Below are positions 8,338 to 18,441 of a stretch of 64,000 nucleotides of DNA, piece by piece. This stretch comes from Candidatus Binatia bacterium. GTDB lineage: Bacteria > Desulfobacterota > Binatia > Bin18. The position numbers were made by a program, and so were the translations under genes. Where the stretch lies: positions 192,001 to 256,000 of the forward strand of contig CAXXHG010000015.1 in the NCBI GenBank assembly GCA_963666315.2. The letters run 5' to 3'. Positions within the stretch are counted from its first letter, which is position 1. Every line of letters begins with the position of its first letter. The notes below the pieces were generated by a model that saw nothing but the letters and a program-made list of their open reading frames with translations, had not been told where the DNA came from and did not search any database.

Positions 8338-9831
8338 CTACCGGCTCAGATAGTCAGGCAGCTTCGCCGCTTTATAGGTCTTGGCTGATTCCAGCTGCTC
8401 TTTGGTCAGCCCCTGGACGTCACTTAAATCGGCTCCGGCCAGGTTCGCCCCTTCCAGGTCAGCTTCGTGTAGATCTGCCCGTTGCAGCAAGATGTCAGTC
8501 ATATCGGCTCCGGTGAGGATAGCATAACGCAGGTTGGCGCCACTCAGATCGGCGCCCTTCAGATTCGCGCCTTCCAACGTCACCCCAGCCAGCGCAGCAT
8601 CCCTCAGATTGGCGCCAGCCAGTCTGACCACTTTGCCTCGCTGGTTTACAATACCCCACACCAGCCGCCATTTCTCATCGAGCTTAGTGTGCTCATCTAT
8701 TACAGCGCCGGACAGCTCGGCCTTTGCAAGGTTGGCTCCAATGAGATCGGCGCCCTTCAAATTCGCTCCGCTGAAGTCAGCGTGCTCCAAATCCGCACCG
8801 TGCAGATCAGCACCTACCAAGATAGCTCCCACCAAATTCGCCTGGAACAGGTCGGCGCTTGCGAGTTTAGCCTGCGTCAAATCAGCTTGAAATAAATTGG
8901 CTAGGTGTAGATCAGCATCTTTGAGATTTGCGCCGGCCAGTAGAGCTCCACGCAGCTTGGCCTGAATGAGATCAGCTTCTTCAAGGTCCGCGCCACGCAA
9001 GTCAGCCCCGACAAGGCCAGCGCCGATTAAGTCCACGCCGACAAGAGTCGCGCCCGCTAGCGTAACGCCTTCGAGCTTCGCTCCGCGCAGATCAGCTCCG
9101 TATAAATTAGCCCCAGCAAGGTTCGCCTCGCTGAGATTCGTCCGATTAAGCTTGGCCCATTGCAGGTTGACCTGTTGCAAATTTACGCCCGGCAGCTCGG
9201 CATCAGACAGGTCGGCATTTTTCAGATCGGCCTCAGATAATTCGGCATTCGTCAAGTTTGCATAACGTAAGCGGGCGCCCGTCAACCGCGTCCCTGTCAG
9301 ATTCGTCCCACGTAAATCTGCTTCGTCGAGATCCGCTTCAGACAAATCACTTCCACGCAAATCTGCTTCACCTAAATCAGCGTGAGCTAAGCGGGCCTTG
9401 CTCAAACTGAGGCCACGCAGATCCAGTCCGTGCAAAGACAAGCCTTGGCATAAGGAGTCCTGACAGGTGGAAAAGAAGCGCCCGGCCCAGCTTTCCAGGA
9501 CACTTGCGTTCGGTGTCCCAGTTTCTCGAATCCGCCATAGGAAATCCGTAAAATGAGGCGCTACTTGGACCTGCATGGTGCGAACGGAATGGAACATCTG
9601 CATCGCAGTTTCGAGCGACCCTTTGTTCCCCGACGCAGCCAGCGAGAAGAACGTCGTCTGTCTGAGCGTTGCAAGATGGACAGCCCGCTCGTAACGCGCC
9701 TGGACAAAGGCATACGTCCCGGTGTATGCCGCAACGAGCAAGAGTATGAGCAAGGCCAAGAAGAGGAGGTTACGGGTAATAATTTTCACGATGTTCGCCC
9801 TACCACATGAGAAACAGAAACCAAGCCGCAC
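8338..9831 (-). CDS. Membrane-anchored pentapeptide repeat protein
   Basis: N-terminal hydrophobic helix, then long A(D/N)LxG arrays interrupted by DEKWRLVWGIVNQ; start uncertain. Confidence 0.9.
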   Translation of the reverse strand: MRLGFCFSCGRANIVKIITRNLLFLALLILLLVAAYTGTYAFVQARYERAVHLATLRQTTFFSLAASGNKGSLETAMQMFHSVRTMQVQVAPHFTDFLWRIRETGTPNASVLESWAGRFFSTCQDSLCQGLSLHGLDLRGLSLSKARLAHADLGEADLRGSDLSEADLDEADLRGTNLTGTRLTGARLRYANLTNAELSEADLKNADLSDAELPGVNLQQVNLQWAKLNRTNLSEANLAGANLYGADLRGAKLEGVTLAGATLVGVDLIGAGLVGADLRGADLEEADLIQAKLRGALLAGANLKDADLHLANLFQADLTQAKLASADLFQANLVGAILVGADLHGADLEHADFSGANLKGADLIGANLAKAELSGAVIDEHTKLDEKWRLVWGIVNQRGKVVRLAGANLRDAALAGVTLEGANLKGADLSGANLRYAILTGADMTDILLQRADLHEADLEGANLAGADLSDVQGLTKEQLESAKTYKAAKLPDYLSR

Positions 9832-10743
9832 TCAGTTCAGCGAGCCCAAGAAATCGACCGTACGCTCATACGCAGTATCATCAGCATGAAATACGAACGC
9901 ACACAGGTCTGTGACCCCGATATCCTCTAGGCGTTTGACCTCGTCCTGTACCTCACCAGGTTCTCCCACCAGAATCATTTCAACCGGATCCTTTGCTCCG
10001 CTCCGATCCAGCATATTCCGATAGGCAGGCAGCTGGCCGTAAATGGCAAACACCCGTACCGCGACTTCGAGCGCTTTATCTCGGTCATTGGTGATGGCCA
10101 TAGGTACCCCGGCAATGATCCGTGGCGCAGGGGCTCCCGCCTCTTTCGCAGCTGCGCTAATACGCGGCACGACATGTTCTTTCAGCGCTTTATGGCCGGC
10201 CATCCAGGTGACAGTGCCAGTTGCCTCCCGCCCACACAGGTCGAGCATTTTCGGACCGAGCGCAGCAAGCACGAGCGGAACATGGTCAGCGCCTGCTACC
10301 GCGACTTCTATATTGGCCCGGTATTCTTCACCGTTATATTTCGCCGCCTCACCGCGCAGCATCGGTTTCAAAACACGCAGATAATCCCGCATATGTGCCA
10401 TATGGCGTGTATACGACAGGCCATACATCCCCTCGATCACCATCTTATACGAGAGTCCAATACCGAGCGTGAAGCGACCCCGACAGGCGGCTTGCGTGGT
10501 CAGTGCCGCTTGGGCCATCACCGCAGGATGGCGCGGATACGTCGGAACGACGGCAGTCCCGAGTTCAATACGCTGGGTCTCTCGGCCGACTAAAGCCAGA
10601 AGATTAATCGCATCGTGTGAAAAAATTTGCGCCAGCCAGCCGGTATCGAGCCCAACCTCCTCAGCCCGTTGAGCCCGTTGAATCACGTCATCCATGCTGG
10701 GTGACTCACCCGCCCCTTCGCCTATCATCATACCAATACGCAT
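9832..10743 (-). CDS. LLM-class, probably F420-dependent, oxidoreductase (MSMEG_4879-like)
   Basis: IELGTAVVPTYPRHP, GRFTLGIGLS, LAALGPKML, GTVTWM. Confidence 0.85.
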   Translation of the reverse strand: MRIGMMIGEGAGESPSMDDVIQRAQRAEEVGLDTGWLAQIFSHDAINLLALVGRETQRIELGTAVVPTYPRHPAVMAQAALTTQAACRGRFTLGIGLSYKMVIEGMYGLSYTRHMAHMRDYLRVLKPMLRGEAAKYNGEEYRANIEVAVAGADHVPLVLAALGPKMLDLCGREATGTVTWMAGHKALKEHVVPRISAAAKEAGAPAPRIIAGVPMAITNDRDKALEVAVRVFAIYGQLPAYRNMLDRSGAKDPVEMILVGEPGEVQDEVKRLEDIGVTDLCAFVFHADDTAYERTVDFLGSLN

Positions 10744-10843
10744 AACTTTGTCCTTTTTTCGTCGGACCTGACTTTTGACACGTCCACACGAGATATATAG
10801 AGAAAGACGAGAGCCGTCCAATCAGGTCAGAGGAGGAATTCAC

Positions 10844-12097
10844 ATCGCAGAAGCAACGCCAGACCGTTCAAAGCTACTCGAAGGCATCACCGTCCTTGAT
10901 TTTACACATGCCTTAGCTGGGCCAACCTGTACACGCATTTTGAGCGACCTCGGAGCTGAGGTCATTAAGCTTGAGCCAGCCCCGAGTGGTGAATTCGGCC
11001 GGAGTATTTTCCCTGTCAAAGATGGCCTGGGTTCCATGTTTCTTTACACCTGTGCGGGCAAGAAAGGCCTGTGTGTTGATCTCAAGAAACCGGACGGGAT
11101 GAAAATCGCCAAAGGCCTGATTGCCAAGGTAGACGTGGTCGTCGAAAACTTCGCTCCAGGTGTGATGGCCCGTCTCAGCCTCGATTATGAGACTCTGGCC
11201 AAGCTCAATCCCAAAATTATTATGGCTTCGTGCTCAGGCTTCGGACAGACTGGCCCACTCTCCAAGAACACCAGTTACGACATTATCGGCCAGGCCATGA
11301 GTAGCGTCATGCATATGACGGGCGACCCGGATGGCCCACCCCAGTATGTAGACAATTATATTGGCGACACCAACACGGGGGTACATGCTGCTCTGGCGGT
11401 CTGTGGAACCCTTTTCTATCGCGATCGAACCGGCAAAGGCCAGCTGATCGATATCGCCCAGGTTGATTCGCTTTTTTTTATGGCCATGATCAATATCCCG
11501 CTATACGCCCTTACCAACGGTGAACAAAATCCCAAGCGTTTTGGTGCGCACCATTTTGGAATTGCGCCACTGGGTGTGTTCAAAGGCAAAGACGGCTATA
11601 TCGTGCTCCAGGCCGTCGAGCACCAATTCCCACAGCTGGCAAAAGCAATGCAACGCGAAGATCTGCTCACTGACCCGAAGTTTGCCACCAATACCAAACA
11701 GCTAGAAAACCGAGACGAACTGGTAGCGATGATAGAAGCCTGGCTACACACCTTTCCTAGCAATGACGCCGCCCTCGCAGCATTGGCGGAGATACGTATT
11801 CCTTGTGCGCCTATTCTTGATGTCGGGCAGGCATTCAATCATCCCCACATCCGGGCTCGCGGCATGGTCACGGAAGTCGAGCATCCGATATACGGCAAGA
11901 TGCAGATCACCAACACGCCCTTTGTTTTTTCCGAGACTCCGCGCCAAATCGAAGGCCCGGCCCCGCTCATCGGTCAGCATAACGTCGCTATTCTTACAGG
12001 GTATCTGGGTTATTCGGCCCTGGAAATTGCCCGGCTCACTGAGGCCGGCGTATTGGTGGAAGAGGAGAAGGTGAAGGAGTTGCGGGAAAGAGAATAG
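10844..12097 (+). CDS. CaiB/BaiF family III CoA transferase; start codon is ATC (possibly a decayed ATG)
   Basis: LDFTHALAGP, DLGAEVIKLE, VVENFAPG, SGFGQTGP, YDIIGQA; AGGAGG at 10831-10836 lies 7 nt before ATC GCA GAA. Confidence 0.8.
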   Translation: MAEATPDRSKLLEGITVLDFTHALAGPTCTRILSDLGAEVIKLEPAPSGEFGRSIFPVKDGLGSMFLYTCAGKKGLCVDLKKPDGMKIAKGLIAKVDVVVENFAPGVMARLSLDYETLAKLNPKIIMASCSGFGQTGPLSKNTSYDIIGQAMSSVMHMTGDPDGPPQYVDNYIGDTNTGVHAALAVCGTLFYRDRTGKGQLIDIAQVDSLFFMAMINIPLYALTNGEQNPKRFGAHHFGIAPLGVFKGKDGYIVLQAVEHQFPQLAKAMQREDLLTDPKFATNTKQLENRDELVAMIEAWLHTFPSNDAALAALAEIRIPCAPILDVGQAFNHPHIRARGMVTEVEHPIYGKMQITNTPFVFSETPRQIEGPAPLIGQHNVAILTGYLGYSALEIARLTEAGVLVEEEKVKELRERE

Positions 12098-12172
12098 TCG
12101 GTGTGGCTTGCCTTCTTTAGAGTGCATCTCGTTTGAGTGCATCCTCTTTGTATATAGGTTATCCTCGTGACT

Positions 12173-12379
12173 GCGGGTCAAGTTAACGCTGTACGCGACT
12201 AGGCCTCTCTTTTTTCCTCGCCCCCAATTTCTGGGGAGCTGGAGAGGATGAAGGTGAGGGGAGCCTGAAGGAAATATTCATCTGAGCGACCCTCACCCGC
12301 GTCCGCCGCCCTCTCCCTAGCAGGGCGAGGAAATGGAACAGCCCGATCCTAGCGTAAAATATCCTTTAACTTGGCACCG
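12173..12379. repeat. Small inverted-repeat-bounded element (MITE/REPIN-like) containing CCCTCACCC/CCCTCTCCC REP-like palindromes
   Basis: Left end CGGGTCAAGTTAA...ACTAGG, right end CCTAGC...TTAACTTGGCACCG; internal GGTGAGGGG and CCCTCACCC. Confidence 0.55.
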
Positions 12380-12398
12380 ATATGGAGAACAGGTTCCG

Positions 12399-12600
12399 TT
12401 ACGAGTCTCGACTTTGACGAATTAGTATGGCGCTGTCACTAAAAGTTCGTCCGGATTGCCTCAGGCCTTCTCGGAATTGTTCGACAGCGTCCCACGCCTC
12501 GTCCCGAGCGAGACGCCGGGTTTGTTGAAGAGAATACCCACCGCCCATGCTCCGCTGCTTGAGCCGTTCTAGAACATTAATCTCTAAGACCCGCGGTATC
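12399..12600 (-). pseudogene. Degenerate FitA/Arc-like ribbon-helix-helix antitoxin
   Basis: VLERLKQR....SLQ...GRTFSDSAILIRQSRD resembles antitoxins of PIN-toxin pairs; no proper N-terminus and no toxin next to it. Confidence 0.5.
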
Positions 12601-12647
12601 CCTGCGTCCTTCTCCTTGTTTCCTGCCTTCAGCCACCAACACATTTT

Positions 12648-13525
12648 TCACTCCGCCGTCGGTCCACTTCCTGCGACCGTGGTGCGGTGCATGACTCTGC
12701 GATAGCGGGCTTTGTCCCAAGGGCGACCTCGGTGCAGACAGCAGCGGTTGTCCCAAATCACGAGATCGTTGTCTCTCCATTTGTGGACGTAGGTGTATTG
12801 CGGTTGAGCCACAAAAGCAGTCAGTTCTCTGAGGAGCGTCCGGCCTTCTTCAACTGGCCAACCACGAATATGCGAAGCATGCGCCCCAGCATAGAAATTT
12901 TTGTGACCATTGGCCGGATTGATCCGTACCACGGCGTGCAGCACGGCTGGGGTCTGGCTTTTCTGCGCGTCCGTCATCAAGGTCGGATCAATGAGGCCGC
13001 GTGAGTAGGTGAAGTCATGAATCGAAACGAGCGGCTCGATACGACTGCGCATCTCTTTCGATAGATCAGCATAGGCCGCCCGCTGCGTGCAGAATTCCGT
13101 ATCTCCATCATTGGGAGGGAATTCACGCCCGGATAAGAGCGAGGCCGTGGCGGGAATACGTTTAAACGAGCTGTCGCTATGCCACATCTCATTGCCTGAG
13201 TTGAATTTCATGCGCTTGTCGGTCGGAGGAATGATTGGCTTTGTCTGAGGGTCGATGTTTGAGACGTCGGCAATCTCTGTCCCCGCGCCGACATTCTGCA
13301 CGACGGTTTTCTCCAGGCCACCAAATTTTCCCGACTCCGAGAATCTACGACTAAAACGAATCTGCTGCTCATCGTTGATCTTCTGGTCGTGGAAGATGAG
13401 CATGGAGTACCCGTTGAATAAATCAACGATTGTAGACACGTCCGCGTCGCGCACTCCGACAGCCATATCAACGCCACTTACTTCTGCAACAAAATTCTCC
13501 GTGAGTTCTTAAACGAGACAGCCAT
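12648..13525 (-). pseudogene. TauD/TfdA family Fe(II)/2-oxoglutarate dioxygenase with a 1-nt frameshift near the start
   Basis: WHSDSSF (HxD), WDNRCCLHR. ATG 13525 with GGGGAG RBS gives MAVSFK, and LTENFVAEVSGVD follows in a shifted frame; span of 878 nt is one base short. Confidence 0.8.
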
Positions 13526-13551
13526 AACCTTCTCCCCGTGCGTCATTCTCG

Positions 13552-14238
13552 CTATACTCCGTGCTCATAGCGCCAGCCGCTTTTGAGCATCCACAAGCGG
13601 TGACGCGCGCCCGGTTCGTTCACATTCGTAGTTTCGTATCCGGCGTCACCTTGGTAGATGGAGCAATAGCCGTCATCTATTTTTCCAAGCTTGGGAAAAA
13701 AAATATCAGGCTCGCCTGTACGCACATGATCCAGCGCTGAGTTGACGCTGGTAAACGGCGCGAGTTTTGTCAAAGAGACAAACGTCGGGGGTGGCAGCTC
13801 GATCTTTTCAGCCTGCCGCGCAGCAAGTGCATCGTCAGGCCGCATCCACTCGTGGTCATGGATCTCTCCGCCGTCGACCTGAACGGCTTCCTCACTCGCT
13901 GCGGCAACAAAGAACCAGGTAGAAAAGCGCTTCGGCCTGCTCAACGGAGTCGTCCAATGGGAAAAATACAGCAGTTGCTCTTTGGACAGGGTCAAGCCAG
14001 CTTCTTCATACGCCTCTCGGACAGCAGCCTGCCGCGCTGTCGCAAGCATGTCGTCCGGAGCATCGGGCGACTGATCTTCCGGATCAATATGGCCCCCCGG
14101 GAAGACCCAGGCTCCGCCGTGAAAGGCTGTTTTCGAGTTACGGCGTAATAAGAGCACCTCTATGCCGCTGTCTGCATCTCGGAGGAGAATGACCGTGGCA
14201 GAGGGTGCCGCCGGTGGAGGAGTCACATATTCTGGCAT
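13552..14238 (-). CDS. NUDIX hydrolase
   Basis: WVFPGGHID...AAVREAYEEAGL Nudix box; HWTTP...RFSTWFF. Confidence 0.9.
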   Translation of the reverse strand: MPEYVTPPPAAPSATVILLRDADSGIEVLLLRRNSKTAFHGGAWVFPGGHIDPEDQSPDAPDDMLATARQAAVREAYEEAGLTLSKEQLLYFSHWTTPLSRPKRFSTWFFVAAASEEAVQVDGGEIHDHEWMRPDDALAARQAEKIELPPPTFVSLTKLAPFTSVNSALDHVRTGEPDIFFPKLGKIDDGYCSIYQGDAGYETTNVNEPGARHRLWMLKSGWRYEHGV

Positions 14239-14349
14239 GGACCGAATATATCTCGATTCAGGTGATGGGGATAGATCGCAGTCAGTCGGTCTGCCTCACC
14301 AAACCGTCGCTAAGAAGTGCCAGCATTTGTCAAATAATTAATTGGCAAC

Positions 14350-14389
14350 AAAAGGCCCAGAGTGCCGTTTGACGATCTCTGGGCCTTTT
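14350..14389 (-). terminator. Intrinsic (bidirectional-type) terminator after the cupin gene
   Basis: AAAAGGCCCAGAG...CTCTGGGCCTTTT stem flanked by A and T tracts. Confidence 0.75.
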
Positions 14390-14408
14390 ACTCTTTCAGT
14401 CTGTCAAA

Positions 14409-14957
14409 TTATGCCGCTTTCTTTTTGCTAGCCGTCCGCTTGCTGGCAGCGACTCTCTTCTTCGCGGCAGCCCTCTTCTTCGCGGCCGTCCGCTTCTTCG
14501 CGACCGCCTTCTTCTTAGAGGCTTCATGCTCTTGTTGCATGCGACGAATCTCTTCCCAACCAAGATAACCCGTAAACTCGTCTTTCCCAAAGAAGATGAC
14601 CGGACCGTCACACATGAACAGGTATTCTGTATCTTCCAGCGCTTCGGTGGCCCCGTGGACCATACCGTTCGCTTCATGGACATAGTCCCCAGCATTAAAA
14701 GTGCCGCCGCGTACTTTGAGCTTGCCATACAGAATATACGTATGCGCAGAGCTCAGGTGCTTATGCGGAGGTGCTACATAACCCTTCAGCCAGCGGAAGT
14801 GCACCAGCCAACGGCCGCTTTCTTCTCCGGTCCAGAGGACCTTCATAAACGCTCGTTTGGGATCTCCCGGGTTCGGGATCCAATCTTGGTCCGAAGACTG
14901 GGTTATGGTATCCATCAATTCGCTATTGATCGGGCGAATATCTTGCGGTAGTGCCAT
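14409..14957 (-). CDS. Cupin (2,4'-dihydroxyacetophenone dioxygenase / ChrR-like) with a histone H1-like Lys/Ala tail
   Basis: PPHKH, GDYVHEANGMVH cupin motifs; tail KKKAVAKKRTAAKKRAAAKKRVAASKRTASKKKAA. Confidence 0.8.
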   Translation of the reverse strand: MALPQDIRPINSELMDTITQSSDQDWIPNPGDPKRAFMKVLWTGEESGRWLVHFRWLKGYVAPPHKHLSSAHTYILYGKLKVRGGTFNAGDYVHEANGMVHGATEALEDTEYLFMCDGPVIFFGKDEFTGYLGWEEIRRMQQEHEASKKKAVAKKRTAAKKRAAAKKRVAASKRTASKKKAA

Positions 14958-15121
14958 ACTGGCCTCCTTTTGGGGAATTGGCTTTTGCAGCCTGAATACG
15001 CCATTCTACATGCCTGCAACTGCGCTGGGATGCAACGTTTTAATGAATCGAAGCTTTACCCTTTTCCGGTATAGCAACTCCCGATAAAGTAGGTCGATTA
15101 TCACAAGAGGAGACAACCGCA

Positions 15122-15862
15122 ATGAACGAAATTGATTTTAGCGACAAAACGGTTTTGGTTATCGGCGGGTCGAGCGGCATTGGAAACGGCATTGCCCGGC
15201 AGTTTCGCGATCACGGCGCACAGGTTTATGTCTGTTGCACGCGATCGTCGGCCGCAGACTATGTAGACGAGGAAGGGTCGGACGTCACCGGCTTACGCTA
15301 TTTCCAGTGGGACGTATCGAGCGATAGCAGCGTGGAAGCACTGCAGCCACCCTTTGACTCGCTGGACGTCCTCGTCGCGTCACAGGGTATCGTGGCGTAC
15401 AAGCGGGCCGAGTTCCAAATGCCAACGTTTCGACGCGTGCTAGATGTTAATCTGATGAGCGTTATGAGTAGTTGCACCAAGTTCCACGCCATGCTGGCAA
15501 AAATGCACGGCTCGATTATCATGCTCGGCTCTGGGGCCAGCTTTTTTTCCGTGCTGGGTAATCCCGCCTACAGCGCCAGCAAAGGCGCTTTGGTGACATT
15601 AACTAAGACGCTCGCAGAGGCATGGGCTCGGGATGGGATTCGCGTCAACGGCATTGCGCCCGGGCTCACTGCAACTAAAATCACTAAAGTGACCTGGGGA
15701 CATCCTCGCAGATACGAGGATTCGCTCGAATCTATCCCTATGAAGCGCTGGGGAACGCCCGAAGATATGGGCGGCATCGCACTTTTTCTGGCGTCTCCGC
15801 TGTCGTCCTATCTGACAGGCCAAATGCTGATCGCTGATGGCGGAATGAGTCTCGGGCTTTAA
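15122..15862 (+). CDS. SDR family NAD(P)-dependent oxidoreductase
   Basis: GGSSGIG, YSASK, RVNGIAPG. Confidence 0.9.
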   Translation: MNEIDFSDKTVLVIGGSSGIGNGIARQFRDHGAQVYVCCTRSSAADYVDEEGSDVTGLRYFQWDVSSDSSVEALQPPFDSLDVLVASQGIVAYKRAEFQMPTFRRVLDVNLMSVMSSCTKFHAMLAKMHGSIIMLGSGASFFSVLGNPAYSASKGALVTLTKTLAEAWARDGIRVNGIAPGLTATKITKVTWGHPRRYEDSLESIPMKRWGTPEDMGGIALFLASPLSSYLTGQMLIADGGMSLGL

Positions 15863-15868
15863 GAAGCG

Positions 15869-15990
15869 ATCCGAATAACGGTTTCAAGGTGTCATGTTGA
15901 GCGCAGCGAAACATTTCAACTCCACGCCTAGGGGAGAGATTCTTCGCCTCGCTCAGAATGACAGAACCGGACACCTATGGTTATTCGAAT
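15869..15990. repeat. Inverted-repeat-bounded element carrying a GTCA-type REP doublet
   Basis: ATCCGAATAAC / GTTATTCGAAT ends (10 of 11 match), AGGTGTC/GACACCT, and TGTCATGTTGAGCGCAGCGAA...TTCGCCTCGCTCAGAATGACA. Confidence 0.65.
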
Positions 15991-16012
15991 AGGCACTAAG
16001 AACAGCCGCTTA

Positions 16013-16693
16013 CTACTCCAGCATCTCGGCACTCCCCCACACAAAATTTAGGGCGGTGGCGCCGTTTGCGCTTGTGACCGTATGCGTACACCCGTTGGGA
16101 CGATAGCTCAGGTTGCCGGTTGGCACAGGTCCGGATTCATCCGCGTTTTCGCCTTCGATTAAGAAGATGAGTTCATCTCCATTATGACGATGCAGCGGTA
16201 AGACCGTGCCCGGCTCAAAACGGGCGAGTGCTACTCGCCGTTCAGCTGCCTTATCTTCCCAAATGTGTTTGAGGCGAATGCCCGGACGCGCGTCGACCCA
16301 CTCCAGCTCGCTTAGCGTAAAGACCTGGGACGGTGGGGCATCGCCACGCTCTGTCGCCGGTTCTATGCCACCCGTCAGGATCGCAATGGCAGTAGCCCCG
16401 GTTTTACTGGAAACGGTATGCACACAGCCGTTTGGTCGATAGCCCATATTACCGGCTGTTATCATACCAAACTCGTCTGACAGGGATCCTTCGATGATGT
16501 AGACCAACTCATCACCAATGTGCTTGTGGAGGGGCATTTGCAGGCCGGGCGCGAGCCGCGTCATAATAGCCAGCCTATTGGTTTCTTCATCAACCCACAG
16601 ATTGCGTGCCTGCACGCCGGGCATTCGTTCCTGCCATTCAAAGTCATTGACGGCAATAAGCCGTGATTGTGAACCATCGTGCGGTGCCGCCAT
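16013..16693 (-). CDS. Tandem ChrR-like cupin domain protein (two cupins)
   Basis: Duplicated PLH.H.GDEL...IEG...GN..YRPNGC.HTV.S motif; GGAGG before ATG 16693. Confidence 0.85.
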   Translation of the reverse strand: MAAPHDGSQSRLIAVNDFEWQERMPGVQARNLWVDEETNRLAIMTRLAPGLQMPLHKHIGDELVYIIEGSLSDEFGMITAGNMGYRPNGCVHTVSSKTGATAIAILTGGIEPATERGDAPPSQVFTLSELEWVDARPGIRLKHIWEDKAAERRVALARFEPGTVLPLHRHNGDELIFLIEGENADESGPVPTGNLSYRPNGCTHTVTSANGATALNFVWGSAEMLE

Positions 16694-16802
16694 ATGCCCT
16701 CCTGTGGCAGAGACACCGGTTCGCCTGAACAGGCGAACCGGTGTACAAGTGGATTTGGTTATGCCCGCGAATTGAGATTTTCTACGACGTGGGAACGGGT
16801 CG

Positions 16803-17492
16803 TCAGGGATTCGGTTGGACCGGCGGCGTGGTCTCACTCATCTTCGAGGTCACTTCCTCATCCGACATACTATACACTACTTCGCCTCCCGGCGGGAACT
16901 GCATCGGCGGGTTATTCAAATCCACCTCGGGGTTTGCGACCTTACCGCCTTGTGATTCGAATGCCGGCGGACTTTTATACGTTTCTAACTCTTCTAGGTT
17001 AATGCCGTTCAGTTTGACCACTTCAGGATCAATCCAGGCTTCGGCATCAATCGCCTTGCCTTCTGAGGTCGCGAATTCGAGCATCATACCTTCGAGCCCG
17101 GCAAAATAGATCGACTTGCAAAAGCCATGATCCAGCGGACCCATGACCCAGTGCCCGTGCGAACGAACACGATCGCGCATGGCCAGCAGGTCCTCTTCGG
17201 TGTCGACATTCATCGCCAAGTGTTGCGCCGTACCGGGCGCCACGAGGCCTGCCGTCCAGCTGGGGTGGGATACGCCCATTTGGGGTTGGATCTCACCGCT
17301 CTCGGGACCTTGGACAAAGGCAATCGACGAACTGTCACCCATCTTCACAAAGCCGTGAAAGGTGTTTTTCACCCCGTGCATCCAATACAGTGCAACCAGC
17401 TCCATACCGACAACTTGTGTAAAAAACTCGATTTGTCCCTTCATATCCTTGGTGCAAATCGCCAGATGATGAACGCCATTTGGTAAGCCCAT
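16803..17492 (-). CDS. VOC/glyoxalase family protein
   Basis: GVHHLAI, QHLAMNV, DHGFCKSIYF..EG..LEF. Confidence 0.85.
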   Translation of the reverse strand: MGLPNGVHHLAICTKDMKGQIEFFTQVVGMELVALYWMHGVKNTFHGFVKMGDSSSIAFVQGPESGEIQPQMGVSHPSWTAGLVAPGTAQHLAMNVDTEEDLLAMRDRVRSHGHWVMGPLDHGFCKSIYFAGLEGMMLEFATSEGKAIDAEAWIDPEVVKLNGINLEELETYKSPPAFESQGGKVANPEVDLNNPPMQFPPGGEVVYSMSDEEVTSKMSETTPPVQPNP

Positions 17493-17571
17493 AGTCTGCC
17501 CTCCCTCTTGGAATAGTGTGATGTCTGCAGCATCCCACTTGAGTTATGATGAGTCAAGCTCAAAATACGTA

Positions 17572-18441
17572 TCAGTCTTCAATACTGGCATCACTGGCAT
17601 CGCCGGCATCAAAGTCCGAACCAAGCGCCACGCGGCGAACGGCCTTCGAGCGAGTGGGTTGATGTCCGACAGCTTCAGTTGGAGCCGGCCGTTCGGCAAC
17701 CGTATTCGTCAGCCGCCCCAAACCGGAAATCTCAACTTCAATGACATCTCCTGGCTGCATAGGCCGTGAGTTGGCCGGGGTCCCGGTGAGAATGATATCG
17801 CCCGGCATAAGGGTCAGGTGCCGACATAGATCAGCCAGCTGGTAATCGATGCCAAAAATCATGTCAGACACGAGGGCATCTTGAACGACTTCCCCATTCA
17901 GATATGTCCGGATGAGTGATTCCCGAACATCCACTCCGCTCACAATGCCTGGTCCAATCGGACAAAAGCCGTCCATGCCCTTCACCCGCAACATCGAGCC
18001 CGCATCAGTGTCACGAAAATCGTGACAGCCCACGTCATTTGCCGCAGCGAATCCGGCCAGATACGACCAGGTCTCTTCTCGCGGAACATTGCGCATGGGC
18101 TTGCCCACGATTGCCGCGATTTCCCCGTCATAGTTCAAATACCGGCAATTCGTCGGGCGGTGCAGTCGTCCTTTATGCGTATTCAAAGCGCTGATAGGTT
18201 TCTGGAAATAGGTGGGTGTTTCCGGCGTGGGTACACCGAACTCCGCTCGGCGCGAGTCGTAGTTGAGGTGTATGCAAATGATCTTGGTTGGGTTACACGT
18301 GGGCAGATAAATCACTTCGGTCTCCGCAATAGCACGGCCGTCAGCCAAAACGAGTTGACCGTGATCTGGCCGCACCCATTCCTCGACCCCGTGGTGCAGA
18401 ATCCGCCGCCATTCTTCCCGTTCACCCTCTAACACACTCAT
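17572..18441 (-). CDS. Fumarylacetoacetate hydrolase family protein
   Basis: PTKIICIHLNY, ANDVG, KGMDGFCPIGP, GDIILTGTP; NYDGE where NYEGE is usual. Confidence 0.9.
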   Translation of the reverse strand: MSVLEGEREEWRRILHHGVEEWVRPDHGQLVLADGRAIAETEVIYLPTCNPTKIICIHLNYDSRRAEFGVPTPETPTYFQKPISALNTHKGRLHRPTNCRYLNYDGEIAAIVGKPMRNVPREETWSYLAGFAAANDVGCHDFRDTDAGSMLRVKGMDGFCPIGPGIVSGVDVRESLIRTYLNGEVVQDALVSDMIFGIDYQLADLCRHLTLMPGDIILTGTPANSRPMQPGDVIEVEISGLGRLTNTVAERPAPTEAVGHQPTRSKAVRRVALGSDFDAGDASDASIED

